Assembly (NCBI RefSeq): GCF_000181795.1
Contig: NW_003526943.1
Coordinates: forward strand, 2,968,707-3,032,706
Direction: 5' to 3'
DNA: 64,000 bases
DNA from: Trichinella spiralis
Taxonomy: Eukaryota
Positions 51,207 to 64,000 of the stretch are shown here, piece after piece. Below the pieces are notes generated by a model. It did no database searches and was not told the DNA's origin. It was given only the letters and a program-made list of their open reading frames with translations. The number at the start of each line of letters is the position of its first letter. Positions within the stretch are counted from its first letter, which is position 1. The position numbers and the translations under genes are program-made.

Positions 51207-54200
51207 ATGAAACAACCGTTGTCTAAGGAATGCGTGATGAAGCTGTTTAGCATTGTTGTGCTACTTGTTTTAATTTTCAAAGTTGATGCAATTAGTTATA
51301 CTTGTCCATTTGAAACATTTCCTGACGGAATAAAAGGAGGCAAAACTTCAAGCGACAAATGCATCAGCATTGTAACACATGAATACGTTAAAAAGTACTA
51401 TGGTGCAAAAGGAAATTCAACAGAGACTGGTGCGTTAGCTTGTCAGCATTTATTCAAAAATGGTGCTCAAATGGTATTCAGAAATGAATCTGATTTGATT
51501 TACAATCGCTATGTAAAAATGCTTGAGGATGAATATTTTCTTGTTCACGCTGGCATGGAACAAATGGAAACATCCCACTATTACACTAAAAACCTCTATT
51601 CTCCTAAACTTGGCTATACTATATTGTTTTATTGCTATGATTATAAAATGCGCAAATTTGAACCTAAAGATTTTTTCATGCTTACCAGATGCTATACTTA
51701 CAAACACGTAGCCATGAAAGGATATGTATACGATGGCATGCGACATCCTTGGTTAGATGTTTGTCACATTCATTCACCTGATTGTAATGATGCGGATAAA
51801 GGTTTCTTTCCGAAATGTAGATGCTTACAATTTAGAAAACAGCCAATATTGAAGTATGAGAAGTTGTTTGCATGTCAAATTGAAGGGTGCACCTATTATG
51901 CATGCATGCATGACGCATATAGGAACTGTGAAGAAGATCGTGTAAGAAACTGCTCTATTGTTCCAGGAAAAAAAGAGTGTAGAGAATATACGTATATTTT
52001 ACATTCTCATCAAGAGAAACCTTTTGGAAAGCCTTGCCGGAAAAGGGATTATGGAAACACCTGCAAATGTCCATGTTCTAATCGTCCTTGGTCATCCTGG
52101 AGTCAAAGTAGTCACACGTGTGGAAAAGGATACAGGCAAAAATCAAAACCTCGAGTACTGTATGAGAATGAAAATGTTAACTGTAATCAACAACCAGAAA
52201 AATGTTGCATTAAAACAGAATCAATTCAACTTAGTGATTGCCTTGAAAAATTTGTCCATTCTGGACTATCATTGGAAAAAGGATCTTTCATATGCATGCA
52301 AAATGGTGGTGTACCTATACAAACAGACGAAGGATATATTTGCAAATGCGAAGATCCCTTAAAACATGGATATATGTGTGAATATGGTATGTTTTTAATA
52401 ATATGTTTTCCAAAAAAAGTGTTCATCAGTTAATTATTGTTTTTAATTTAACAGAACATGATATCTGCCAAAAGTACCAAGGAATTTGTCAAAATGGTGG
52501 AACATGTAAAGGAAAAGGAAGATCTTACTATTGTATCTGCCCTAGTAATTTCGAAGGAAAAAATTGTACTAAATGTACGGTTTTATATTGCGTAATTCTT
52601 TATTCCAATATATTCATTTTATTTCATTTTTATTATAGGTTATTTTATTTTGTTTGTACTGTTTTTTCATAGATTGATAATACATTTAATATTTCATAAA
52701 TTTTTTTTAAGCTGTAAAAGGCTGCGCGCATGAAAATATGTGTCAAAATGGAGGTACTTGTGTAGAGAATGAAAATGGATTATCTTGCAATTGCCGTTAC
52801 CCTTATACGGGCGAATTCTGTGAAACAAGTATGTATACAAAATAGTTGCAAATTCACTAAAACACTACTGTGTAAATATATTAGATAAAGTGTTTTATTT
52901 CAAAAATACGATATCTATAGATGATATTTTTTTAAACACAAAATGATAATCTTTAGGAATGCTTGTTTGTCCTCCACGGCTGTGTAAAAATGGAGGGACT
53001 TGTACAGCTTTTCAAGAACTGCAAGGGTTCCTATGTACTTGCGCAGAACGTTATACAGGAAAATTTTGTGAAACATGTAAAAAATATGTTATATATAATA
53101 TACTGAATTCGATCATATCTAATTTTATTTAGTGATAATGGATGGAGAACCTCCTGAAAATTTGATGAATATGATTGGTCTTGGCATTGTAGGGGCATTG
53201 GTGTTGATCGCAATTGTAATTTATGTTGTGCATAGAATTAAGGAAAGAGAACGAGTAATGCTTTTTATTTATATTTTGAACTATTTACTGATTAATAGCG
53301 GAGGGGAAACCTTGGAAACTTTTGGAATTTACCACTTCTATCTGCTGCTTTTGCACAGTAATAGATGTTGAATTAAACTTTTTCTCTTCTAAATGTGAAT
53401 GTTAAGAAATGTAATTTAAGTTGAAATTTGCATACATTTTTACAGAAAATTTTGCAATATTGTATACTTGAAATATTGCAGTCAGTTCATTTGTTTTCAC
53501 TGCTTTTATTATCCGTGTAAGATATTATGTGATCCGTTTTTAGCTAAAGAAATGTAAGAAATTGCTAAAAAAGAAAGAAGCGAGAGAGTTGGCACGAAAG
53601 AAGAAAGAAGCAAAAGAGAAGGCACTGAAACAAAAGAAAGAAGCTAAACTGAAGGCACTGAAACAAAAGAAAGAAGCTAAACTGAAGGCACTCAAAGAGA
53701 AAGAAGCTAAACGGAAGGCACTCAAAGAGAAAGAAGCTAAACAGAAGGCACTCAAAGAGAAAGAAGCTAAAGCGAAAGTAATATTTTATTAAAATTTAGC
53801 TTAAAAATGAAGATCATAATATGGTGCAACATTTTAATAGGCGGATAAAGCGAAAAGAGAAAAGTCAAAAGAGAAATCCAAAGAAAAATCTAAAGATAAA
53901 GACAAAGGAAAGTCCAAAGAGAAATCCAAAGAAAAAGACAAAGGAAAAGACAAAGGCAAGTCCAAAGAAAAAGATAAAGGAAAAGATAGAAGAAAATCGA
54001 AAGAAAAAGACACAGGAAGTGATAAAGACAAGTCCAAAGAAAAATCCAAAGAAAAAGACAAAGAAAAATCGAAAGAAAAAGACACAGAAAGTTATAAAGA
54101 CCAGTCCAAAGAAAAATCGAAAGAAAAAGACACAGGAAGTTATAAAGACCAGTCCAATGAGAAATCCAAAGAAAATGATAAAGGAAAGTCAAAAGATAAA

Positions 54201-54356
54201 TCCAAGGAGAAGTCAAAAGATGAATCCAAAGAAAACCCCAAAGAAGAGTCTAACAAAGAATCCAAAGAGAAACCGAAAGGGAAAACCAAGGAAGATAAAC
54301 CAAATAAACCTAAACCTGCATCGAAATCTAATGTAAATTCGAAAGCAGGAAAATAA
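51207..54356 (+). CDS. Type I membrane protein: Cys-rich ectodomain, TSP1-like and about 4 EGF modules, TM, Lys/Glu-rich repetitive tail
   Basis: Signal LFSIVVLLVLIFKVDA; WSSWSQSSHTCGKGYRQKS; CQNGGTC repeats; TM IGLGIVGALVLIAIVIYVV; (KEAKxKALKx)n and (KSKEKSKEKD)n. The last exon 53841-54356 is open in frame. Confidence 0.8.
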
Positions 54357-54867
54357 ATTGCGAAAATTATGTTCATTAAAAAAAATTTATTTCTGAATTA
54401 TTTTGATCAATTTATTATCATTTTACTATGACTTTTTTCGGTTATGTTGATGAAATTTGTATGAATGTGCGTGTAAATTTAATCTATTTGTTAAAAATTG
54501 AAATAAAACCTAAAAGAAATGTTTATGATGCAAAAAATTACAAAAAATTTTTTTAATAATGAATTTTTGTTCCTCTATTTATTAAGCCAGTTAGTTAGTT
54601 AGTTATAAAATACAAAATGAATATTTCAACCAATTAAAAAAATATGTGCTTGAAAATCTACTGTTTACTGTAATTCTTTTTATTTTGAATCAGTAGTAGC
54701 CTATTTGAAAAGCACTCACTAATGTGGTATATGCGTGTAATGTTTGTTTATTTTGTTCGCGCAGTGTTCGATTGATTGATTGCGTATGTTGAGCAAGGGA
54801 ATATTTTTTTCACGAATTTCAAGGTAAAATGTGCTACGATACGGTTGTGTGGAATTAATTTGCAACG

Positions 54868-57716
54868 GATGAGGCGCGGAAATTCAGCCAATGTGGTGAA
54901 TTCAACTCGGGGAACTTTTCAATTGAAAAAGAGAACTTTTCACAATTTCCGACCGTATTATTGGAGAAGGCGTCACTTCAAGCAGCAGTCGTCCGTAAAC
55001 ATTCCGTAAGTTTTATTCGGTTGCTAATGCAATAATGATCAACGCAATGAATGAAATGCCAAGTGTGACAGCTTTTTGATGTTTGCAGTTTGAATGGACA
55101 TTTGTCGTTGCCTTCGACGACGAACGCTGTTGACGAACAACAGGCGGATGAAATTTCCACCACGTTGTTGTACGCAGTCTCGGTGGAGAAATCGGAAACG
55201 TACTGTTCACAGTATCCAGCTTGGTTGTTATACTTTCCGTGGGCCAAGTTCGAGCAGAATTCTGAACTGCACGTTTTGGTGAATGCGTGCAGCAGAGTTC
55301 TGGAACAGAGTGACCGATTTTGTTACAGTTTGAACGACGTGCTTCGTAGTCGACGTTTTATGATCGACTTCAGTAAGTTCTCCTCGGCCCTGACGGCAGA
55401 GCACCGAACGCTGATCAGCAGCACTTGGACTGATCACCAAGCGGACAGTCTGATCTGCGCCATCGGCCTGGCCATGCATACAGCGGTTGTCGACCGCCTG
55501 CGATCTCGGCTTTGTGAAAAGCTTGCCGATCGAGCAGAACAATTGTTGCACGGTGACGCGGTTCAATTTGTCCAAATGGTGCCGAAAATCAACGCTCGAT
55601 TGTACAATTTGGAAAAATTAACAAACATCCGACAACTGGACGTAAGACGTAGAGTAGTATTATGCTTGGTGGCATTTGTTGAGCGACTTTTCGTTTAATG
55701 AGAAATTGAATATCTCGTTATTTGTACAGTTCACAGACTGCGGTCGCCTGGTTTCAGTGGTGGGTGTGGTGATCAAAGCGGCCAGTGTTGAACCGAAATG
55801 CACTGCCTGTGGATTTCAATGCCAGAGCTGTGGCTTCCGGTTCCAGGCGCTGCTGGTCGACGGTCTATTCTCCACGCCGACTCGTTGTCCATCTGTGTCC
55901 GGTGAATGTCGTGGACGTGTTTTCGAACCAGTGGTCGATACTGTCGAAACTCTCACCGAAACTGTCGACTGTCAACTGATACGTCTGCAGGAGCTGCTGC
56001 CACCGGGCGGAAATAGTGCAACCGGTACCGCTAGTCTGATTCCAAAGACAATCGACTGCGAGCTTACCGACGATTTAGTTTCCACATGTTCTCCTGGATC
56101 TGTTATCACTTTAACCGGTATATTAAAAATCTGTCTGGTTTTCTGTCATCAGTTTATTGTGCTGTTCATTGTGATACGATATTCAGGTGTGGTGAGAGTA
56201 AGAAAAAACGAAGAAGCCCGGCGTCGTGGTCAGTGCCAGTATTTTTTATACTTGCACGCGAATTCGGTAATACAGAAGGAAGATCTGTTCGGCGTCGCCG
56301 CGGCGTCCATCTCGTTCAGTAGCAGTGAAGCTCGTCTGGCGGCTATGAGCGCCGTTGGGGAACTGATGGGCGACAGAAATTTGTTCTCCCGCCTGGTCGC
56401 TTCACTGTGTCCAACGATATACGGTCATGAAGCGGTCAAAGCGGGCCTGGTGTTGGCACTGTTCGGCGGAGCTACACCGAGCCAGCAGCATTCGACTACC
56501 AGGTCGAACATTCACGCCCTTCTGGTCGGCGATCCTGGTTTGGGTGAGAAGAGGCGGCGGGGGAGGGGGGGGAAGGGATCGAGCACAATATTTCGCGTTC
56601 AACTTTAATTTAAAAACTGTTTCAGGAAAAACCCATCTGCTGCAAGCTTGTGCCGATCTGAGCAGTCGTGGAGTGTACGTGTGCGCCAGTACGACAACTG
56701 CCGCGGGTTTGACAGTCACGTTGGGTAGGGGCGTGGACGGTGACGCGACGGTCGAAGCGGGCGCGTTGGTGCTGGCCAACGACGGCTGCTGTTGCATTGA
56801 CGAATTCGACAAGCTCCACTCGCACCAGCAGTGCTTGCTCGAGGCGATGGAACAGCAAGAGTTGAGCGTTTGCAAAGCCGGCGCCAGGTGCCAGTTTTCG
56901 GCCCGGGTGTCGGTGGTGGCGGCCTGCAACCCGGCCAAGGGTCACTACGAACCCCGGCTCAGTTTGACTGCCAACGTGAACGTCGGTCCGGCGTTGCTTT
57001 CGCGGTTCGATTTGATCTTCCTGCTCGTCGACAAGCCCGACCAACAAGCCGACCGTCGTCTCAGCGAGCATGTGCTGGCGATTCGACGTCCCCACTCGGC
57101 CCGACTGACCGATCGACTGGCGGCGCCGGATCCGATCGGGGCGGTGCCGGCGCCCCTGTTTCGACAGTACGTCGCGTTCGCCAGACAAACCGTACCGGCA
57201 CCGAAGCTTTCCCGTGCCGCTTGTCGATTGCTGTTGGCCTTCTTCCGTCGTCAGTTCGACCAAACGGTCCACGTTCGGACCCCAGTCGGAGTCAGGCAGA
57301 TGGAATCGTTGATACGCCTGACTCAGGCCAGGGCGAAATGCCAACTCCGATCCGAAGCCACCGAACAAGACGCGGCCGACGTGTTGGAAATTGTCGGCCA
57401 CTGTCCACTACTATTCGCGGGCACAGATCGCCAGTCTGGGAACGCTGAACTGGAGAACAAGGCCGGCTCGGAACAGCGCCTATCGTTCGCTGGACGCTTT
57501 TTGCAAGCGTTGAAGCGCAAAGCTGCCCAGACCCCGGGTTCGAAAGGTCCATTCACTCGGGCCGAACTGAAAGCTATTGCCAGCGAGGTGAACAACAATT
57601 CAACAACACCGACCAGTCAGTCTTTCGATCAACTGATCGACAAGCTCAACAACGCTGGTCTGCTGTTGCTCGAAAAGCCAAACTGCTTCAAGCTGCAGCT
57701 CGATGGGATCGACTGA
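54868..57716 (+). CDS. MCM8: DNA helicase MCM8
   Basis: IPKTIDCELTDDLVSTCSPG; LCPTIYGHEAVKAGLVLALFGG; HALLVGDPGLG|KT; RGVYVCASTTTAAGLTVTL; CCIDEFDK; LLEAMEQQ; ALLSRFDL; RQMESLIRLTQARAK. The start exon is less certain. Confidence 0.9.
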
Positions 57717-57765
57717 AATCAAATGTGCATAAATAAATAATTTTTTTTTCAACGAAATACAATAA

Positions 57766-58630
<865 letters not shown>

Positions 58631-59730
58631 TCAAACGGTCAGCAAGCAATAAAAAAACATCAACTGAACTGACAATTAATTAATTAATTATTAATCAAAT
58701 TCGAATAAAAAAATGTAAAGTAGTGTCTTTTTCCACGTTAAAAACAACTTTTCAACAACTACTAAAATATCTCAACATGCTGTTGGCACCAAGTCGAACG
58801 TTATTTTCTACACAGCATCTGAAAGTTCAACAATACATGCCGTATTAAATCAAGTAAATTACAGTAAGTTTTATGACAATTAGGCTTAAATTAACGCAAT
58901 CTTTCCGAAAAGAAACCTTTGTTGGAACAATGATATACAGTTAATATTATTATTAAAAATACAAATATAATTAATTTAGTTATGGACTTTATAAACTTTA
59001 TTTTAATTATCTGTACGGTCATTTTATCAACAGAAGCTACTAACCAATTGCTATATATTTCAGTGTTTTATTTTGTCACAAAAATAATAACATGTACAAT
59101 TTAAACGTTTCTTCCACCATGATGGTGTAAAATATCTCTTCACACATGCATGCTACGCTTAGCTTAATTGATATAACATTCTCATTCAAGATTTGTTTCT
59201 TGTTGCTTTCTTATACGAACAGAGAGTTATTTCTTCCAAATAGAAAAATAATGTGAAATGGCCATGTGAAAATATTTTTCAAATTGAATCAAAATACTAT
59301 CAAATTTATTCACCACAACCGACGACCGTAGAAGAAAAATACAACCGCACACGACGATAGATAGACAGTCAGACAGACAGCATTGACACTGGCAAAGCGA
59401 ATGAACAAATTAATGCTTCTTTATTCATGTTCTTCAACAATGGAACAATTGATAGTGAAATGAATGCAACTGTTGATGAAACAAATTTTCAGTAGTAGAA
59501 TTTAATTTTTCGTTAAATTTCAACATATACATAAAAGATGTCCACAAATAATTTCTAAAAGGCTTTTCTCTGTTTGCGAAATATTAAAAATAACAATCTG
59601 AAAAAAGCGAAACAATACAACTGAAATTTATTTAAATATGTTCTATTCAGTACGACAGAAAATATATATGATGAACAAATAGAAAAAAACAGATAGATAT
59701 GGATAGAAAGAAAATAGATGTATAATAATT

Positions 59731-62700
59731 TCAAACCCAAGCAGTCCATCCTTCGTACATCAACGCCAGATTATCCAAGTTAGTGGCATCAGAAATTAAC
59801 GCATCAACCTGAAATTATATTTGCAAATTTATTTCAAAAAACAATTTTCACCATTTATTCCAAACCATATAAGCCACACACTGAATATATATATATATGT
59901 ACCTGATCTGCAATGCTGAGTGGAATTTCCGAATTCGAATTTCGACCTTCTAACTTTGCACGCACGCATTTCCAAGCATTCAACGCCAACGCATTCAGCT
60001 TTCCACTGCGACTTTTCACATCCAAAATCAAATTCGGACCTTGAAACCACAAACATACATACATAATTATAATAATATCTCTCAGACAAGCATTTCATCA
60101 ACCGTTAAAAGAATAGAAAAGCAAGAAAAATATTTATTGAAATAAAAAATATACTCACTTTTTGATTGATTTCCAACGGTGAATTTCAATATCAAATAAT
60201 TCAATCGACAAACCCTCGCTTATATAGAAAAAAAAATATTCAAACGTTTAAAAACAACAACAGTCGTCACATTATTGATACCTTTTGAATGTGAATTTGC
60301 TGCTTCCGGATCGACAAAATCAATCAGAACGTCGAAAATTCTAAAATTAAGAAAAAACACAATTCAACCAACAGTGGAAAAATAAACAACAGAAACAAAC
60401 AAAAATATACGTGTTGGTCAAATAGGCGGCCCTTTTGAAAGCCACTTTTGTCGCTTCGATCCAAGTGGAAAAATCCCACGTATCCGGCAGTGATGTTATA
60501 TCCGTGCGCAGAACATCACTGAACGCCAACGTGTGCAACTTTTGAAGGTGAAGGAAAAAATTTGCAAGCTTCGCTTCTATTTCGTCTCCACTCTGTAAAA
60601 TGGAAAACATACTTTACTTGTATGCATAAAGTGTGCATAGAGGAATGTGAAAAAAAAGAAGAAAAACTAATAAGCATATAATTGGCATAAAGTGAAAATT
60701 TCATACAAACGCCAAATGTTTCATGTAAGCCCGTGCCTCGGCGGTGAATTTTCTGTGTTCGTTTAACAACAAGCGCACAGATTCAGTAATCGCATGAAAG
60801 TTAGTCTAAAAATGAATAATCAAATATATTACAGATTATAATAGAACAAAGTACCTTTTTCACGAAAAATTCGTCCTGCACTTTGGTGAGTGCTTGATTA
60901 GCTTCTGAATGGCGTTTTTCAAAATCGGCTGAAATCGACAAAAGCCACTTTTCGGTAACATGTTCCTCTTGCGAAGGCTATAAACGACGTCAATTATCAC
61001 CATGTTATTATGAGAAAGTTTGCAAATGACAAAGAATAAAAAAGCAAACCGACCTTCAATTTGGCCAACTCAATTTCAGCTGGATCCATTCCTGCTGCAA
61101 TCGACATGTATCTCTTCAACTGTTTCAAGTACCTCGAATCGAAAAGAATACAGATTACAATATGAATTGCATATAGATTTGCAAAGCAAAAGAGAAAAGA
61201 AGAAAAACTGTTTGTTCCTTCTTACAATTTTACATTTTCTACCATTGCATTGTCGAATTTGACGAGCTGTTCAGAATCCAATTTCAACGACTCATAGTTG
61301 TACAACGAATCGGTGATTAGTATAAACCGATCGCACAATTCAACGGCAATCTACAAGTAAAAGCAACATGACGTGTCAAAAAGTAGGGAAAAAAACCAAA
61401 AAGAAAAAAAACAGTATACATTAAATTGGCCAAGATCGCTTTCTTTGGCTCTTTCAAATTCTTCCAATTTCGACGACCAAGTCGCATTCGCACCCGCAGC
61501 CCAAGTTAAACGCGATATCGTATCTTTGGCAGCGGTGGACAATTCTTCACGACTTTCTTTCAATTCATTGACAATATTGCGCAATTGATCCAAGTGCTTT
61601 TTATAAATAATTAAGTAATTAAGAAAAAAAAATAATGATAAAAAAAATCGACCAACTTCATTCAAACCAATCAACACAGTGGAACAAGTGGGTTCGACGA
61701 CCAGTGGTGACGACAGTGGGTCGACGACGGCTCGTTTCAACACGGTTTCATGATGCCAAGCATAGCTGCGCACAAGTCCATTCAACGGTACCAAAGCATT
61801 TTTCAACACTTCGCAAGCGTCTTTAGTCAATCTGAAATTTTACAATAGCAATTTTTCCAAGTCAATCCAACCCACTTGTGGCTTACTCGATTTGCACAGT
61901 TTGGACGAAATTTCGAATATCCGTTTGATATTGTTGAACCATCGGATGCGCATCAGAAACTGGTACATCATTTGGTGTAGAAAGTCGAAAATTGTTCACC
62001 GAATCCATTACATTGTTCAACAAAGCCGACGGTAAACTGTTCAGCTTAAATTGAAGTAAAAATTGGTAAGGTTTTCAAACAAACAAACAAACAAACAATT
62101 TTTTACCAGAAGCTTTTTCCAAAGCATCGTGCCAACAGCGTCGGGCAAGTCGACGAACACGGCCGACACTGAAGCCGACTGATCCCCTTCGGCGTAGGAA
62201 ACAGCCACAGAAGCGCATCGATACATGGTATAGTTGTAGATGAAATCCAACACGGTCGACCAGCGGTAATCGACCGTGGGCAAGGGTAAATTGCCACCTC
62301 TACCACCACCTTGGGGCAAACAGTCGAGCAACAATTTCAGGTGGTCTTTGATTGTCATGAACGAATCCAAACAGTGTCGAAATACAGTCATCGCTTCGTC
62401 GCCAACTCGATGGGAAAAGATCGGCTTGCGAACACGCAACTCGTCATTGATGCGTTGCAACTGATCGAGAAGGTGGTGAGAGTCGAAATTGTCGGCTTCC
62501 AACCATTCCATTCCAACTGGCAATTGCTCGTCGGCCAGGGTCTGCCAGGCTTTGTCCATCGACAACGTGGAAGCGGTGGCGCAGGCGTCGACAACGCCCA
62601 TAAGCCAACTGCTGAGCTCGGCGTGGTTGTCGACCGTCATTCTGTACATGGTCGGCACCAGAGAGGTGGAAATTTGTTCCACCAACGAAACGCAACACTG

Positions 62701-64000
62701 AAACAGACGTTGGCCGGCGTCGAGACGTTGCAAAATCGACTGGTTGGAAAATTTTTCAAAAGCCGGCAAAACTAGCAATTGTCGAACACTTTGCAAATAT
62801 TTCAACACGGTCAAATAGATGTCCATCCAGCCGAAACTGACCATTCCATGGGCCTGTTGTTCACCACTTTTACCCTGATCATCGGCTTTCGTGCAACAAT
62901 TTCCTTCTTCCAACCGACTCATCTCGTTCGCAACACTGGCCAACCAGTTGACCAGTGCCGTTTCCGAAGAAGCAATCTGAACAAACGCGAGCATGAGAAT
63001 TTAAATTTAAAAATTTTCACAAAAACATACAAACACTGGACCCATGTCGGCGGTGTTGGCGAAAATTTTCTTCAAATCACCCGCCCGGATAATCGGCATC
63101 TTTTCACCGTTGTCCAGTACAGTTTGGAACATTCGAACCGTCCGACAGGCATTTGCATAAAACTGCTCCGGCGAAGTTCGACCACCACGCTGCTGCTGCT
63201 GCTGCTGACCAATCTGTTCGAGCAGACGTTCGGTTTGCTGGACGTTGGCTTCGAGCCCACCACCACCACCACCACTGTCGCACGAACATTTCGACACGCT
63301 TTCCAACAGTTCGAGCCAAACGTGGAGCCGGTGCTTTTTCCGGTCGACGGCCGGCACCAGAATCTGGGCCGACCTGTAAGCGTCGACCAAATCCAACAGA
63401 CTGTTGCACAATTCGCGCAAAGCGCCGAACGACGGAACGATCTTGCTTTCCAAATTTTTATACTGCATGTTACAATTAAAAAAAAACAAATGCAAACACA
63501 GAAAATATTCCATTTTTTTCTTCAAAAATTTAAATTTTTACCGGTTGAATTTTCTGCGTCTGACCGGTGGCTCGTAGAAATTCCATCGCCAATTCGATAA
63601 AACACTGCGGAGGTTCGGAAAATGCGTCGTCGACTTTTTGACGAAAACCATGCAAATTGTTCAACTGTGAAATGCTATTCTGAAATTCACATTGATTAAG
63701 CAAACAAATAAATAAGAAAAAACCATCAATTAACCGAATAGGTGACATTCAACTCTTGATTCTTTTTCAATTTGCTCATCAATTCAGCGTAACTTGTAAT
63801 CACTTCCTCATAAACACCAGTAAAATCTTGATTGCTTGAACAACGAGAAATAAAATATATAAATTATTTTTTCAAAAAAATTACATGTATATTAGCATTT
63901 TAAAAAATGGTGTACTTTTCTAAAAATTTGTAAAGAGAATGATCCGGATTTTCGGTTGCTTGGGATATCAGTTTCAGTACAGCTTCGTACGTGGAGCAAC
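59731..64000 (-). CDS. SMG1: SMG1 PIKK kinase, 3' portion (insertion domain and FATC); continues beyond the window
   Basis: C-terminus NALALNAWKCVRAKLEGRN...[31 protein letters not shown] is the SMG1-type FATC; RLTWAAGAN motif upstream. Confidence 0.93.

Noticed and set aside
53821..54336. Listed 171-aa Lys-rich ORF and the tandem repeats as a possible array
   Set aside because: It is an alternative frame of the KE-repeat last exon. The repeats are coding with no unique spacers, so this is not CRISPR-like.

Overview
AT-rich, intron-dense animal genomic DNA with short GT-AG introns. It looks most like a clade I nematode such as Trichinella; this is an inference from gene and repeat content, not a database result. 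1-8.7 kb is a transposon graveyard: piggyBac ends and remnants, a solo LTR, a decayed Gypsy LTR retrotransposon with a tRNA-Arg-like primer-binding site (PBS), and a hAT MITE. An intronless tandem-CXXC zinc-finger gene follows (10.2-11.5 kb). Next is a housekeeping block: NAA15, arfaptin, COQ10, SF3B1, LIN9 and FBP1. A TE-peppered island (41-54 kb) then carries two EGF-repeat membrane proteins and a legumain, followed by MCM8, TGS1 and the 3' part of SMG1. The most notable non-annotated structure lies in the SF3B1 introns. They contain an H/ACA snoRNA whose first pocket matches the 18S site guided by U70/SNORA70, a C/D snoRNA matching the LSU site of yeast Am817, and a further C/D candidate. 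A 533-nt intron at the position of the regulated vertebrate SF3B1 intron 4 carries several cryptic stop-containing or frameshifting exons. All exon boundaries and alignments were read by eye.
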